34,365 bases of DNA from positions 1 to 34,365 of IMG/VR virus record IMGVR_UViG_3300032270_000715. One strand, given 5' to 3'. How positions within the stretch are numbered: the stretch's first letter is position 1; each line of letters begins with the position of its first letter. This stretch comes from a virus (Duplodnaviria; Caudoviricetes). Of this stretch, positions 34,251 to 34,365 are shown piece after piece. The notes beneath the pieces are model-generated. The model did no database searches. It was not told where the DNA came from and saw only the letters and a program-made list of their open reading frames with translations. The position numbers and the translations under genes are program-made.

Positions 34251-34365
34251 ATGCCTTTGATCAGCAGCTCTATTCCGAACCTGATCAACGGGGTCAGCCA
34301 GCAACCGGCGGCGTTGCGGCTGGCGTCTCAGTGCGAGCAGATGGTCAACTGCATGCCCAGCCCAG
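34251..34365 (+). CDS. Tail tubular protein B (gp12-like), 3'-truncated
   Basis: MPLISSSIPNLINGVSQQPAALR is the typical gp12 N-terminus. Confidence 0.9.
   Translation, partial: MPLISSSIPNLINGVSQQPAALRLASQCEQMVNCMPSP

Noticed and set aside
1-34365. Prophage or host flanking sequence, tRNA genes
   Set aside because: All recognisable genes are phage-type; I saw no integrase, att site, host gene or tRNA-like sequence.

Overview
This window is most of a T7-like podovirus genome (Autographiviridae type), about 60% GC by eye, with gene families typical of picocyanobacterial (Synechococcus/Cyanobium-type) podoviruses; the host is inferred. It is read across the probable genome junction. In order: (1) late + strand genes: the end of an internal virion protein with a SleB-like hydrolase domain, a 2512-aa internal virion protein carrying ParB-like and HExxH domains, two paralogous tail fibre/spike plus small-protein cassettes, a metallophosphoesterase and small membrane/basic proteins; (2) an opposite-strand module with terS, head-decoration/fibre genes, terL and an M15A endolysin; (3) a ~680-bp non-coding repeat and palindrome region that probably holds the termini; (4) small early genes separated by similar RNA hairpins; (5) single-subunit RNA polymerase, SSB, endonuclease I, primase-helicase and exonuclease, with no DNA polymerase; (6) portal, scaffold, major capsid and tail tubular proteins A and B. 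All family assignments come from motif recognition by eye, not database searches.
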